Shown: positions 38,389-52,606 of the stretch, one piece after another | Layout of the letters: every line of letters begins with the position of its first letter | How positions within the stretch are numbered: the first letter of the stretch is position 1 | From: Trichosphaerium sp. ATCC 40318 | Lineage: Eukaryota; Protista; Tubulinea | DNA: 64,000 nt | Direction: 5' to 3' | Assembly (NCBI GenBank): GCA_038496445.1 | Contig: JALMLS010000590.1 | Location: 124,001-188,000, forward strand | The notes under the pieces: model-generated | Databases searched by the model: none | What the model was told of the DNA's origin: nothing | Seen by the model: only the letters and a program-made list of their open reading frames with translations | Translations under genes and position numbers: made by a program

Positions 38389-39591
38389 TTACAATATATA
38401 CAGACTTCTCTTGATGATACTTGAGCTAACTAGATGGCGATGCCTGTCTTTTTTCATATGGAAAAACCTGTAAAAAGGTATAAGACAATACACATGTTTA
38501 AGAATAAACATACTGTTGTGCGGACAGATGGGATTAATAGTACGAGGACTATCACAACCAATACAGCAAAGAGAACAGCAACTATTATACCGCCAATAGC
38601 TGCCCCAGATAGAGAGGAAGAATCACTCGAGCAAACATCGAATACCTGAAAAACAACAGATAACCTTGAAAAAAAAACCATCAGGAAAAAAAACGGTTTT
38701 CAGTGTCAGGTTTCGTACGACGTTTCTGAGTATCTTTCTTCAACAGAAGCCCGTTCACAAATACCCAGACCTTTATAGAAATCAGTTAGATATTATTGAT
38801 GATGAAATGGATACCACTTAGCCGTATAGAGTCAAATGTTGATGAGTTTCTACAATCAAAAAATAAAAGATCAAGTTTATTATCAGTTGCATTCTCTCTT
38901 TCTACTACCAATTCACCTCCAAGCGTGGCACATCCTACGGTATTCATTATTATTATTTCGATTTAAACTTTGTCTTAAACGTACCCTCAACAGTAATTTT
39001 GGTAGAGGGGAGCAAACGGATATTGGATATACTGATATTTGTTACGGCAATAATTGTATCTGTCACAATAGTCACGTTCGATACTGTATCCGTATCATTT
39101 ATTCTCCATGATCCAAGCACACATTCGGCATTGGGAGAAGGTTTATCACCATAGCAGTCTACGGCATCTAACATAATATTGGTATAAAACTTGGGTTTGG
39201 ATAAACCAAACTACCTAGTAAACCTTTTTTTGTGTTTTAACGTACTACATATGGTTGTTTCGATACAAGCTTGCTCAGCACACCAAGAACAATTTAAAGC
39301 TAGGTTACATTCAAATTCTGTAGGTAGTATTGGACACCTAGCTGGGCTTCTCATAACTAATAAAAAAACGTAACGTTAGTCTTTTCCGTCGTTTTGTAAC
39401 ACGTGTCGCGTACGGCAATCACCTCCACTATTTGTAGTGCATTCCCTTGGGTCCGCACACCATTGACAATACGGAGTTGTTTTGTTGTAAAAATCGTTAA
39501 CGCATTCAACAGGGTTAGTCGTTTGGCATGGTATTTGACAGTTACATGTGTATAAAAGTAGGCCTAGGAGTACGAATAAGTGGCTTTTCAT
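38389..39591 (-). CDS. Type I membrane protein with Cys-rich (PSI-like) ectodomain
   Basis: Signal MKSHLFVLLGLLLYTCNC; YCQWC and CSWC motifs; TM LSGAAIGGIIVAVLFAVLVVIVLVLLI; short basic tail. Confidence 0.7.
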
Positions 39592-40216
39592 TTTTATTTT
39601 TTCTGAAAAAAAAAAAAGAAGTTTCAGGAAAGTTTCCAGTTAATTTCATGTCTTGCCCGTTAATTTTCAAGAAAACCAAGAAGTATCTATTAGAGATAAT
39701 TATGGTGTTTGGCAATATATCAATATATTCCTGTATTTACGAGTAATCTGTCCGCGGGTTAGTCCCCGCATGGGAACTTTTCGTTGAATGTACAAAAAAC
39801 AACACGACAAATGACGTCCTACCTGGGAAAATTGTACAGAGTTTTCTTACTTTACCAAAATTACGCTACACTCCTGTTTTCTTCTTTTGAATTTTATATT
39901 GGCTCACGGAGTGAAAAACACGTGTTTGGTTTTGGTCATTTCCTAGTTAATCATAATCATTGAAGCCTTCTATTGTCAAGCTCTGTACATGTGTACACTT
40001 AGTCGTAGTTAGTAAAGTAGTTATGTTCGTGGTTATAATCAGCTATAGCATTTATAAACAGTATCTAAAGTCAGACATTTACAATTGCATGAACTTCTAC
40101 ATTAAGTAAGAGCAAACCTTTCATTGAATACATGTCGTTCAGTTGACTTGCTCAGACAATCTAATTAACTCCAGAATCAACCCTTTGGATACTTGTCTGT
40201 CCGTTGCGCAATAGCA

Positions 40217-40786
40217 ATGTCTACAACTCGCTGTTTTACTGGCGAGAGAAGCCATATGGATTTACATCTGCTTCAAATGCCTATTGAGCTTCACTACGCG
40301 TTCCTTGAACTAGATTTGGAGACTTTTATTAAATGGCCGCTCCTGTGTTATCAAACAGCAGTTACATCAAGATATGATGATAAACTACGTAAGAATGGCC
40401 GATTTAAATATGTTACAAAGCTTGGTGAACGTCACAATTGTCAATTCAAGAGTGGGAGAAAAAACGGCACGTACACTATCCATTTGGCTACCGGAGATAT
40501 TTATTGGATACGTCATTACAAAAATGGGAGGCTAGATGGCGAAGAAAAAAAGTGGCAAGTCAAATTGTCAAATCTCAGCTATTTGAGGCTTCATTGCCAT
40601 TATACTAATGGCTTACTTACTGGAGAGAAGCAACGGTGGCTTTCAGATGGAACTCCGCTCTCTCAATGTTTTTACAAAAATGGGAAGCTACATGGTTTGT
40701 ATAAGGTCTGGATATCGGGTAGAGTGATGGGTACTGAGTACAAAGACGGAAAGAGCCTAGGGAAAGTAATAAAGGTTCAAGAATGA
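40217..40786 (+). CDS. F-box-like + MORN-variant repeat protein 3
   Basis: LLQMPIELHYAF...WPLLCYQTAVTSRYDDKLRKNG + GRLDG/GKLHG repeats; start at 40217 or 40256. Confidence 0.8.
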   Translation: MSTTRCFTGERSHMDLHLLQMPIELHYAFLELDLETFIKWPLLCYQTAVTSRYDDKLRKNGRFKYVTKLGERHNCQFKSGRKNGTYTIHLATGDIYWIRHYKNGRLDGEEKKWQVKLSNLSYLRLHCHYTNGLLTGEKQRWLSDGTPLSQCFYKNGKLHGLYKVWISGRVMGTEYKDGKSLGKVIKVQE

Positions 40787-41421
40787 TAAAGTACTTACAG
40801 CACCAATGTCAACAATTAGTCGTCTTAGTAAAACTTGTTTGACTCAGCTTTGTTTTTGTGATTACAATTATATACGTGTGACACGTGCTTTATCATATTG
40901 GGAGTTTTCAGTTGGTTCTTTTTTGTATCCTATGCTTCTCAGATATAATTGACTTAAGTACTTACAACCATTTTGCACAATTGGTCTTAAATGTAGCCAT
41001 AGACTCAATAAACAGACATTCATTCATTCATTTTGCACATTTACTGTTTTCAGTGACTTGAAAGCACTCATCAGCCTCTTGTGTAATGCCCCAGAAATTG
41101 CTATTAACTTTTTATTAAACAAGCAAATATCATCGAACAAAATAAAAAGAGGGTTTGTTGGTGACGTCCAACATGTTTTTTACCCTCAAAATTTTTGGTT
41201 TTCTACTGTTTTTGTCAAAGGGTGACAACATTAGTAAACAGCTGAAAAAGAACTGATTACCGTACATGTATTAAGAGAACATAAAATTATGAACACGATA
41301 AAGGAAGATAGTGTTGCTACACGGTTCCCACCCATGAACATCTGACCAAACCTTGTCTTCTAAGTTATTTAATTTTCGTGCTTGGAAATAAAAAAAAAAA
41401 ACCTGCTTACATACAAAGAAC

Positions 41422-41925
41422 ATGATATTTCACATATCCCTTCCAACCTTTACCTTAAGTGTAAATAAAGGATGGCTTAGAAGATACATCTAATGTTTAA
41501 TCATATAACAAATGTCATCACACCTTGTAAAAGCAATACGCAAAACGACTGATACTCTACTCTTTCTATCATGTGCTTTTACACTTCTTCAAACAGCTGC
41601 CTTTATTAACGTCATTGTATTAACCTACAATAACCAACTCCCAACAGGTACCACAGGAGGTTAAAAGTAACCAACAACAAGAAAACGCTAACATGCTCTA
41701 CACAGGATATGAAATTGACCATACCTTATTGTACGTATTCTCTGTTATAGCACTTGTATCTTCGGTCTTGGGTTTTGTATTGGAGGTAAATGAAAGCTTT
41801 AAAACTCGATCTAAATTTGCTGTAGTGCGTCCGAGAATACTTGGTTTTGATTCAGATTACATTAAAATACAGCTACATGGATAATATGGTCACAGAAGAA
41901 GAATGTAAAAGCTGTAATGTTTGAC
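41422..41925 (+). CDS. Possible small multi-TM protein or gene fragment
   Basis: Spliced hydrophobic reading FLSCAFTLLQTAAFINVIVL..|GYEIDHTLLYVFSVIALVSSVLGFVLE with GTACC/GTAAAT donors; both ends uncertain. Confidence 0.3.
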
Positions 41926-42251
41926 ACTGGAATACGAAATAAATCACGTTTTTCTGTTTATACATAATATCTCCTTTTAAGTGCACCTTAATGGCTACAG
42001 TGACTTTGCTTATAACGCTTCTTGCAAACCCCTCAGCGTAAATATTTGCGTGCTACAGAACGTAACAACCAAGCAGCTCCAATAGCAGCAGAACATAGTT
42101 ATTTTCTGTCACATAAAAAAAAAACATCAAAAAGTCAAAAAAACCTGCCAGTTGAGGCCATGCTTTGCAGCCAAGATTCAACGAAATAGAAAGCGCTTTA
42201 ATACACTTCTACATTTATTATAATAAACAATTATCACTCAAGGCTTAATGG

Positions 42252-42810
42252 ATGGTATTTATGTACAACTCAAAGAGCGAGCACAAAGGAACTGAGCTTA
42301 TTTTTTATGTAGCACTATAACCATAAAAGAAGAGGTAGTCGTAGTGGTACCAAAGGCGTACCATGCAGTATTGATAACAGATATTGAAAATACATACACA
42401 ACACCCGAAAAAACCAGTAGATCGCCTCTCAGTTCAGCCTCAGAGCTCAGAAGTAAAAAACGCTCAACATGTTATAAAATTGGAAGTGGATTCTTAGATA
42501 CTTTTTTGTGTTGTTTCAGAAAGACGTGCAGGACTAATAATTTTTTTTTTGCGTTTATGATAGGATGGGTATTAGGTTGGTTTGCTGCTATACCTTGTTG
42601 TTTCGTTGGCTGTTTCTGTGACGACGTTGGAGAAGGTAGAATACGGCGTAAAATGCACGTGAATTAATTTTACGTCGTACTGCACGCTAGTGCTCATGCT
42701 ATTATATAGGTCGTTCTGTTTATGCCTTGGTGTTACCATTCATACTTTTCTTTTTCTCTTGGTTTTCTTATTTTTGGTTGTTCGCATATAAACTTTATTT
42801 GGACCACTGA
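42252..42810 (+). CDS. Small Cys-rich two-TM membrane protein
   Basis: ORF 42344-42667 (FFFAFMIGWVLGWFAAIPCCFVGCFC) spliced to RSVYALVLPFILFFFSWF...LDH*. Confidence 0.5.
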
Positions 42811-42869
42811 TGTTAAAAGCACAAAAAAAAACCCAAAGAAACACAGAAAATAGTAAAAAAAAATTATGT

Positions 42870-44972
42870 TTAGTTTATAAATGGTGTTCGTTCTGTAGAG
42901 TGTTTCTGTATCTGCTCCTTTATACGTATTCTTCTAACCTCTCTTTGTTCCCATAACTTCCACAGAACAACAGCTAAGGAAACAATATAGTTAGAACGTT
43001 CAAATAAAGCTATACAATCTATGTAAAGTTCCTTACCTGCAAGCAACAACGCAAGAGCTGGGATTATGAATTCAACTTGTACACGTTGTCTTCCAGGTAC
43101 AGGGAATACTATAAAGTAAATTGCACTATTATTAAGTAAGCTATAGCTCAGTAATAATGAGATGTTTTATGTTGTTCCTTTATTGTGTTTCTGAAAAAAA
43201 AGAGAAAATTACACAACAATCGTGTGTTGTAATCTTACCTGAGAGGAGAGGCAAGGGTCTGTGCAATGAGTGTAAAGACAGCAGATTCACCTGCTAATAT
43301 AGCTGATATTGTATTCGCTGAAATGAAAGCACCTATGAATATGATACCATGCCACCATGTATCTTTGCACATGGGATATATTTCAAGATCTACTTCATGT
43401 AGGAAACACTGCCATGTGAATGATAAATTGGAAAAAAATGTCTTTGGATTAGGGCTAAAAGCATTAAGCGATAATAAGATGTCAATCAGGTTTGTAAATG
43501 GAGTTCTTGAAGAGTTTTAAAAGTAAACAATTATTTTTTTCTTGCCTAAAACCGAAGCCTTTGATGAAGTCTACCTGAATTGTATTAAGATTTTTAAACC
43601 TTATATTAACGTATAAACGTACCCAGAAAAGTAGTAATGCAGTTAAAAGCTGTGCCATGTTACTCCAGAACAGCATATCGATTAAATCATAAAACATGTC
43701 TCCACCTTGTTGAACACGAAATCTCTGTGTTTACCATTAGTACAACTAGTATTATCGCTTGTACGTACAAGAAATCGCTCTTGAAATACTGTAGAGAATG
43801 CGCCTGGTAGCTGTGCAACCATAAAACCGAAAACCCAAACGATAGTAACTAATACAAGTTAGAAGCGAAGGCAGTAAAAGTATTTTTCTTTTTTTCTAAT
43901 AATAATGTTTGATTATTACTAACTTGTTCCATTTACTAGACTTCCTTTCCCCTGGACAATATCAGCAACGGTAGGTATCAAGCTTATAACAACACCCCAC
44001 ATTACAAGTATCATCGAAAATATAGGTGCCCACTGACAACTAGAAGTAAAAAAACCAGTAAGCAGTCTATCGAAAACTCATATCGATTACTATGTGTATT
44101 TTGATTTTTCGACTACCCAAATCTTTGATGCAGGAATGCCCCAAATGAACGTTGTCTAAATAATAATTCGTCAAGACATTCTATAGTTAACCTACCCATC
44201 ATACTGTTTGGAGTAGTGTTTGTAATATAGGAGTAACACGGTTCGGAAGAGATGAATAGACAGTGATTAACCCATTCAAAGCTTGATACAACAATCAGAA
44301 GTGACATAAAAGTAAAGAGCAGCTATGCTTCCAGATGTAACTGGATACCATGGTTTACGTGTCAACGCCATAGTGTGGTGTTGGATTGAGACATCCAGCA
44401 AGCCTAAAACTCACCTAAGAATCCTCCAATACCGAGGTAAGTAAGCCAATATTGACGAAATTGTGCTGCAGGAGGCCTTCGAATAACCTACAGAAAGTAA
44501 GTGATAGCAAATTGACACAAAGGTTCCCAACTTTATAGGCGGCAGTGAGAATAGCGTATACTAATCCAAAACCAAGGCTAGTTATCAGTAATACAAAGTA
44601 CGGTCCCGAAGATCGTTCAGAAGGAAATTTACTTAGAAAGAGAGGCAGGCTTACAAGCATTGACGCTTGTGCTAGTGTGAACACTAACAATGCGTTAGTG
44701 TCAATCTTTACTTTGTTTTATCTTACGCAACATTAAAAGCAAAGGCTTAAGCATTGCACTACAGTAGCGGTACCAACTGTTATCCTATGGGATATTTGAA
44801 TAAGTACGTCAACGAATACGTTTAGAAAACAAAACCCCCAAAAGCAGGTGTAATTGTGAGTGCATAATTCGCGTTAATCACGTGCGATGATATAAAAAAG
44901 CACGTGTATTAGTGGTTTTTTTTTTTGTACCTCATTGTTTTCTTCCCTTTCCAAGGAATACTTTGCTTCCAT
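42870..44972 (-). CDS. CRT-like (chloroquine resistance transporter-like, DMT superfamily) transporter
   Basis: Many TM segments; GPYFVLL, NGLITVYSSLPNRVTPILQTLL, FQERFL, LFWSNMAQLLTALLLFW-VDFIKGFG resemble the CRT-like family. Confidence 0.75.
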
Positions 44973-45224
44973 GGATTACTAGGTAGCGCGATGTGTCTAT
45001 TGCCTTTTGGGACAATCTTCGTCTGTTTTATTTTTTTTTCAGATTCGGTTAAGTAACGCTTTGATTTGAGTGTGCTTAACGAAGCTATCTTGTAGAATTA
45101 CTACTGTGCTTAGTACTTCACCTACAAGTGCGTTTGTGCGTTTGGAATACAGTATGAATAGAATTGTAAACAATGTGTTAAAAAGCTACGAAAACGGTAA
45201 CAATAGTACGCCATTTAAACCCAC

Positions 45225-48200
45225 ATGCGTCGTAATACTCAAAAACAATAAAAGGATATCAAAAACCATACCGTGATAACCAAAGAGCTAATAATGAAGA
45301 AACAAAGCCTACAACGCGTTTATTTGTTCGTAATTTACCTCCTAAACTAACAGACGGTGAATTAAACGCATTATTCTCAAAATATGGATCTGTTACTGAT
45401 TGTCGCATAATGACTACAAAGTACGTGCAAATGTCAGTTTTTTTTCGACAAGTTCGTTACTGAAATAGCAGTTTTTTTTTCCCAAGTTTTTTTTGAAGCC
45501 TCGTAAAGTACCCATAGCATGTACTACGTGTGTAGATGCCATGGATAACGTAGTTTTGAATAAATGCGCTTTTAAACAGAAAGATTGATAAAACTCGTCA
45601 TTTTTTGTTGTTTTTGATTTTTCCGCTTTAGGGAAGGACGTAGCAGGCGTTTTGGGTTTGTTGGATTTTCTAATATTGATGATGCAATAAACACAAAGAA
45701 AGAGCTTAACCAGACATACTTGGGTAGTTATAAGGTGTCAATAGATTTTGCAAGAAAGGTATACTTATTTTCAATGTTTTATCCACGTGTGATTGTTGAA
45801 GTTTCGACTTTTCTTTTGTTGTACGCTTATGTGATTTGTTTAGAGAGGTTCTGATCAATTAAACCGTCCTTGGAGTAAGTACTCTGAGGGTAGCTCGGCA
45901 CATAGTTCAGTTGTTGATCAGCAGAAGCGAGAAACTGAGAGAATAGCAAAAAAGAAAGCAAAGAAAGAGAACAAAAAGAAAGAGAAAAAAAAGGAAGAGA
46001 ACCCTCTTATGGATGAATTTATAAGTATGCACAAGAAAGCAACAGCGTTTACAGACGTTATACAAGCTTCTCAAGAACCAAACAATACAGGTAAGGACGA
46101 CATAACCATCTCAAAAGGAATACTAAGAAAAACCTCAAAAATAGATGTTATGGACATTGATAAGGTCACCGATGCAAATCAAGCTATGAAAAACATTGAA
46201 GAAGAGACAGGAAATGTTCCTGCAGATGCAACGGCTAATGACGCTTTGGATTTTTTAAAGCAGAAGAAGTCCAAAAAAGGATTTGATTTTTCACTTCTTG
46301 AGGAGGTAGCTCCTTTTGTTTAATCAATGCTCGCTTAACTGTCTCATTAGAAAGGTGAAGAAGCTGCGATTCGTAGCGCAGATCCTACGCAAAGGTTTCT
46401 AGATGATCTAGGCATTGATAGCGCCAAGAAGAGAAAAGCTGATGAAATGGGAGGTGAAGAAGATAACAAACAGGCTAAAAAACAAAAAACATCAAAATCA
46501 AAGAGCGCTTCCATGAATCTTTTCAATGAAGGTATGTTCTCTGGCATTTTGATTATTATTCTTTCTTAACCACCTTATAGAAGCGCGTGAAGATGGTGAG
46601 GAAGAGGATTATGGTGGTATGATGCTCTTAAATCAAGGAAAATCAGCACAGGATGAAAGTGACTCTGAAAGCGAAGATGACCTTCCCCAGGCTCGAGATG
46701 AAACAGTACCGCTTGCAGCAAAGATTCAAAGTATGTAATACGCTACTGAAACTATTTTTAACATTAGATATAGGTACAAAGGAGGGTAAAACAGTCTCAG
46801 GCGATGTACCTTTCTTATCAGACAAACCAGAGGTTAAAGAGGCTCCAGTCGATCCACAGACCACTGGTAGACTTCGGGTATTAAATATTGCGTATCATTT
46901 AAGTGAGGATGACTTGAGAGAGATTTTCTCGCCATTTGGAGAGATTGAAGAGGTACCCTATGACTTGTTTTGAATGGAGATTTTTTTAAGTGATTTTGCT
47001 TTTTTTTTTTAATTTTGTTTTGAACAGGTTCACATTGTAGTCGAAAAGAGAACCAAGAGATCACGTGGTTTTGCATTCATACAATTTTCATCACCTTCAC
47101 ATGCCCTAGAAGTACGGTTTTTGAGAAAATTTTGTTGTTGGTGGTTCGCTGTAACTCATAAAAAAAAAGGCAATGAGATCTCTTCATGGAGAGATTGTTT
47201 CTGGAAGAGTATTGAAAGTTGAGACTGCTGATAAAAAGTTGGAGGTTTCGGATGACTTCAAAGTCATGAACTCTGGTAAAGGCTTCAGATCTGAATACCA
47301 GAAGAAAAAACATTTGAAACTCCTTGCAAACAAAGACAAAGATGTCAGTTGGAATTCCCTATTTATGGATGTACGACGATTATATTTGCTCATTATACGT
47401 CTTATTAACGTTTATTTAAATAGTCATTTTCTGTTGCGCAATCTATGGCGAATAGATATGGCGTGCAGGCGAGCGATGTACTGAGCAAAGACGGGGATGG
47501 CATGGCCGTCAGGTGAGCTTTCATTTCAGAATCGAAAAACCTTAAAAATGCTGTCTTAAACCAATACCTGCCAATGAATTTTGGATGTTTACTCTATATT
47601 AAAGGCTTGCTTTGGGTGAAAATCAAGTAGTCAGTGAAACAAAGAATTTCTTAAGTCAGGTACCCATTTATTGTTAAAACCGTTTTCTGGCAATAATAAT
47701 AAAAAAAATAGAATGGAGTTTCACTTGATGCATTGAAAGCACATTACAATAAAGATATTACAAGAAGTAATACAACAATACTAGTAAAAGGATTGAATTT
47801 TAGAGTAACAGAAGATAAAATCCATGAATTATTCAAACCGTTTGGATCTATAGCACAAGTAAACAGTTTTTTTTTTTTTTTTTTTCGATTTGAACTTAAC
47901 TAACCTATATCTAAGTTGTTGTTGCCTCCATCCAAAACTATTGCACTCATTGAGTACTTTGAACCAAAGGATGCCAAGAAGGCTTTTAATTCTCTAGCTT
48001 ATCGTCAATTTAATGATAAACCGTTAATGCTTGAGTGGGCACCAACAGGTATAATTTTTTTTTACTGAATTGCTTTTTTAAATATGCTTCTTTGTCATCT
48101 TGTATCTCACTCTTGACCCTTTAGGTACTCTCAAAAACAAACCAAAGACAGAATACAATGTAAAAAGATCAAACACAAAACCTGTTGAGCGAGAAGCTGT

Positions 48201-49410
48201 TGTTGTCGAAGGCAAGCCAACAAGATGGATCATTGTTTGTTTTTTTCACTAATTCCGAAAATAGAACTTATGGATAACGGTGCTGAGAATAGTACACTTT
48301 ATGTAACAAACATTGCATTCTCTACAACTAAACAAAGACTTGTTAATGTATTCAGACGTGTTGGGTCCGTTGTATCATTGAAATTGGCTCAAAAGCGAAA
48401 CTCTACTGGACAACTTGTCAGCTTAGGTATGTACTGCTTCCTTGATGTTTCTTTCTGCAAATAATTTATATTATGTCTAGGTTACGCTTTTGTTGAATAT
48501 AAGTACAAAGACGAAGCTATGAAGGCATACAAGAAATGTCAAGTACGGCCCTTTTTTTCTTGAAGAAAAAAAAAACCCCAAAAATAAACCTTAGTAATCA
48601 CGTGGATCAATGTCTAAAACTCAAATAGGGGAAAGAAATAGATGGAAGAAATATTAAAATTGCATTCTCTAAACCTAAAGCACAAGAAGAGGCATCGAAC
48701 CGTAAAGGTATCAAAGACTTTAAAGTCACTACAAAGATTATGGTACGTTTTCTGCTTTTTTTTTTGTTAGTGTACAATTGTCTTATTAACATGCAATGTA
48801 CCTGTTCATTAATTAATATTTCAGGTACGCAATATTGCGTTCGAAGCAACACACAAAGATTTATGGAATTTGTTTTCGTACGTTATTCATTATAATCCCA
48901 TGTCTCTTTTTCAGCGAACATGTTTTTTTTTTTTCCCATCGATGTCAAAAGCTAGCTCTTATCCATTACTACTCACTTCAAACTCCCGTTATTTTGGTTA
49001 CTTACATCCGTTGTAGACCTTTTGGTGAGATTAAAGCTTTGAGGTTGCCTCTAAAGAAAGAAGGTACATATTCCAAAAAAAAGAAGCGAAATGTCTATTC
49101 ACTTTTCTAACTTTTTTCTCACTTAGGGAGACACAGAGGATTCGCTTTTGTTGAATTTCTTACAAAAGGTGAAGCTGAAAACGCTTTTAATGGATTAAAT
49201 ACGCATCTTTATGGTACGAGAGACATAGCTTAATCCCTTCATTTTCTTTTTTTTTTCTTTCTTTTTTACCTCGATATTTGTTAATTGTATGCAATTAAAT
49301 GTTTTGTTATAGGACGTAGACTTGTTCTTGAATATGCTATGCCAGAAGAGTCTCTAACAGAACAAAAGCGCAAAGTAGAAAAATACTTTAACAACAACAC
49401 AAAAATGTAG
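45225..49410 (+). CDS. RBM19: Multiple-RRM ribosome biogenesis protein RBM19/Mrd1 (apparent 1-nt deletion at A5 45241-45245)
   Basis: TRLFVRNLP..GRSRRFGFVGF, RPWSKYSEGSSA, TGRLRVLNIAY, SWNSLFM, AVRLALGE, LLLPPSKTIALIEY, PLMLEWAP, SLGYAFVEY, TKIMVRNIAFEA, HRGFAFVEFLT, THLYGRRLVLEYA. Confidence 0.95.
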
Positions 49411-51374
49411 CATAACAAAAACAACTAAAAAAAAATTAAACAAGTTACCAAAAAAAAAAACCATACTATTACTTCAGTTTGTTACTTGACCTACGGTTTG
49501 AGCTGTATGAATTTGGGTAACAAGCTAAATATGGCATATACAAAGACACGATAGAGAGTCAGCCTTTACAGCCTCTTGTTCGTGACAGGTAAAATATGTA
49601 AGTTTTGTTCACGTTTTTTTTTATTCAGTTTTCAGTGGTTTGTGGATTATCCGTGAGTGGAAGTGTTCCAGTTTTAATTGTGATCACATTCGTATGTTCT
49701 TTTGCCAAAACAATACCGCAGACGTGGGTACAATTGTAGCTCTAGTATGCTTGTACGCTGGACTAATTTTATAGATTTAAAATTAAAGTTGAGCTTTACA
49801 CTATGGCACTCCTTCTGGTGCTACCCAGAAAGTATTTAATCCTTACTAGTTTCAAGCGTTGTTTATTGGTTAGTTCCGTGGTACAAAGAGGAACCAAACG
49901 TTTCCTAGGAGTAACCAAAGTTTATTAAGCTAAAACAAAAAGGTATCGTTTGACGAGGTGCCTCACTGTGTTTTAGATGTTCTTGTATAAGCAGTCCAAA
50001 CCCTTCGTCAGAACTCCTCGTGCTTGTATCTATACCGTGACGACACGCCAGGTAAATCTTAAAGAGATGCGGCATTACTGTTAAAACGAAACTTAGTACG
50101 TTAAGGTTGTCATTGTACTTCGTCCCGACGAGAGAGTCATCACACAAGTGCCTTGTGGACCCTCACCCATCAAGCCGCTAGTTAATAAAACGTGCTGTAA
50201 ATTCATCTTTATAACGATCTTGAACCGTACCACGAAGAGGACACATGTCTCACAACATGGCCAGTGACGTTTTTAGACACTTTCAATATTATAATTTGTA
50301 CGTTCATCAATTGTATTGCAGATGTCATGGTTACCTAGACATCATTGTTGCGTACCCCATCCGTTGTCTAAACTACTTTTTAGTAATCGCAAAAGACGCT
50401 TTACGTCTGATGGGCATCAAAGCAACGCGGACGCGATCAATTCACTCAAACCTTGTGTCCTACCCCAACCACAAGTACCTGCGTTTTTCTGTGATAGATT
50501 ATTACGTGTTGGTACAACGACAACAGAGATATAACATTCCTTTACGGTACGCCAATGACATTGCACGCAAAACAGAAATTTGAAAAAAAAAAAAAAAAAA
50601 AACTTGAAAACCGTAAAAATTACCTGAGAAATGCTTACCTACTAGCTACATATGACAAATAATGAAAAAAAAGTTTTTTAATCGAGAAAAAAAAGTAGTT
50701 TCTTTTTCTTTTTCGCACCTTTCCTTTTATAATCATTAAAAAAACCGCTTCGTTAAATAGCCAATTAGTCATAAAACTTTGCAGTTCATTCCTTTACTTC
50801 AAAATTCTCTGACGTGATCTGGTTAGTCTGATACTTTGATATAGAGCGCTCAAGTACACTGTCCTCGCATGGTAGTGAAATATACACCAAACAACGCATA
50901 GAGTTCCGTTTTTTTTGTCAACAAGAACAGTCATCAAAAAAATAATCGTTTCGAAAGGCCAATCAACCCAACGATACCCTTTAGACGTGTATTTTAACGT
51001 ACAAAGAAAGAGAACTTACTACACGAAACTTTAGTCTAGATACGAGGGATATGAGTGATCTGGGTGAAGTAGGCTGTGACGTACTCAGTTTACCTCTTTC
51101 TTCATTTTTAAGCTATTAAAATATGCAACAATACAAAAGAATAGAATATATCTATTTTTTTGGTCTCTTTCGATGGATTGTGGAGATGACACGTCGAATC
51201 TAATGCTTTGGGTACCAAATGCATTAAAAATCATAATTGACACCTTATTTATTATGCTCATTGATCATACAAACTTTTACAAAGCTCATTAAATGAGTTT
51301 TTAAACGTTTTGTGGATGTCTGTAACATTTAGACATTTTTTGACTGTAACACATAACAGAACGACCAAACGTCA

Positions 51375-51733
51375 ATGAAAACAAGACGTAAGGATTACGG
51401 TGTACCTGTAGAAATACCGAAGCCTAAACCTAAACCATATGCAGAGTATTGTACGTATATAAACACGTGACAAAAACAAAAACATTTCCTTCTAACTTTT
51501 TTGTCCTAACAGGTTTTGATTTCAGGCTGAAGACTTTTAATGGATGTACACCTGCTCAAGTAGTTCGTGGTATTGACTGGGTAACGTCACAGATTAGAGG
51601 CGGTAAAGTACAACTGGATAAATCGTTCGTGACGTCGTTTGATGATCACTACGGGGCGTTTTATAGTGATAGAGAGTGTGATGTGCAAATACTATATTAC
51701 CCTCCTGCTGGAATTGAATGGAAGTATTCTTAA
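51375..51733 (+). CDS. Small hypothetical protein (~100 aa, 2 exons)
   Basis: MKTRRKDYGVPVEIPKPKPKPYAEY|CFDFRLKTF...IEWKYS*; GTACGT..CAG intron. Confidence 0.55.
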
Positions 51734-52606
51734 AATAAACGTATTGGTACTTTAATGCGTATTATGGATTAGTTTCATAGTAATATAAGCTATGTGCTTG
51801 GTTATAGTTAATTTTAGACTAACCACTTGAATCACGTTGTTCGACTTAAAAGTCTGTTATTTCGCTTTGTTTTTTTCGAAAGTGTTGTGCGATGTTGGCC
51901 TTGGTTAACGACATGTGACCTTCCTCATTCCGTTGAAAGTTGTTCACGTATTAATAACCTTGGAGGTTGTAGTATAGTAGTGGAATTGGTAAAGGGATCT
52001 ATTGTAGCTAGGTTCGTAGAGTTCGCAACCTCAAGTAAGGGTAGGAATTTTTTTTGTGGATTTTTTTTTATTGCGATTTCCTTCTGTACTGCGTATGTTC
52101 ATACTATTTTTACTGGTTGCTAAGGATGGAGTCTAAGATTAAGCTTTTATTTTATTCAATTTAGAAGGTTAGACAACCCTTATACTCCCTGGTCTCGAAC
52201 ATATGAAACTGTTTTCAAAAGTTGTTTTTTTTTTTTTTTTGACGTCTATGAGATTTGTTTGTATTTGCTCGTTTTGAGCTTGTTCGCAATGAGCCTTTCT
52301 TTTTTTTATTTTATTGCGAAAAGACATTTACGTAAAATGATTGATTTGATCGTGCTACAATACGTTATTGCTAGGTATGCTCAGCTTAATATTGTTTCAC
52401 AATAAAGTACAGAAATTAGCTGTATTTATCAATGCGAAGTGCTCATACGGTCCATCTGGGAAGTTATGGCTACTCAGTTTATGAATGACGTACTGTAGTA
52501 CTATTGCAGATGTATTGCTAGTAGTAACAACTAAGTGGTACTTAAAATACTCTAGCTTTGATCAAAATGAGACATTTCAGGTCAAAAAGGTTCTCCAAAT
52601 CAAAAA

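Noticed and set aside
49905-50583. GC-richer segment with short ORFs and splice-like signals on both strands
   Set aside because: I could not assemble a consistent frame or recognise an RNA motif; it may be a decayed gene.
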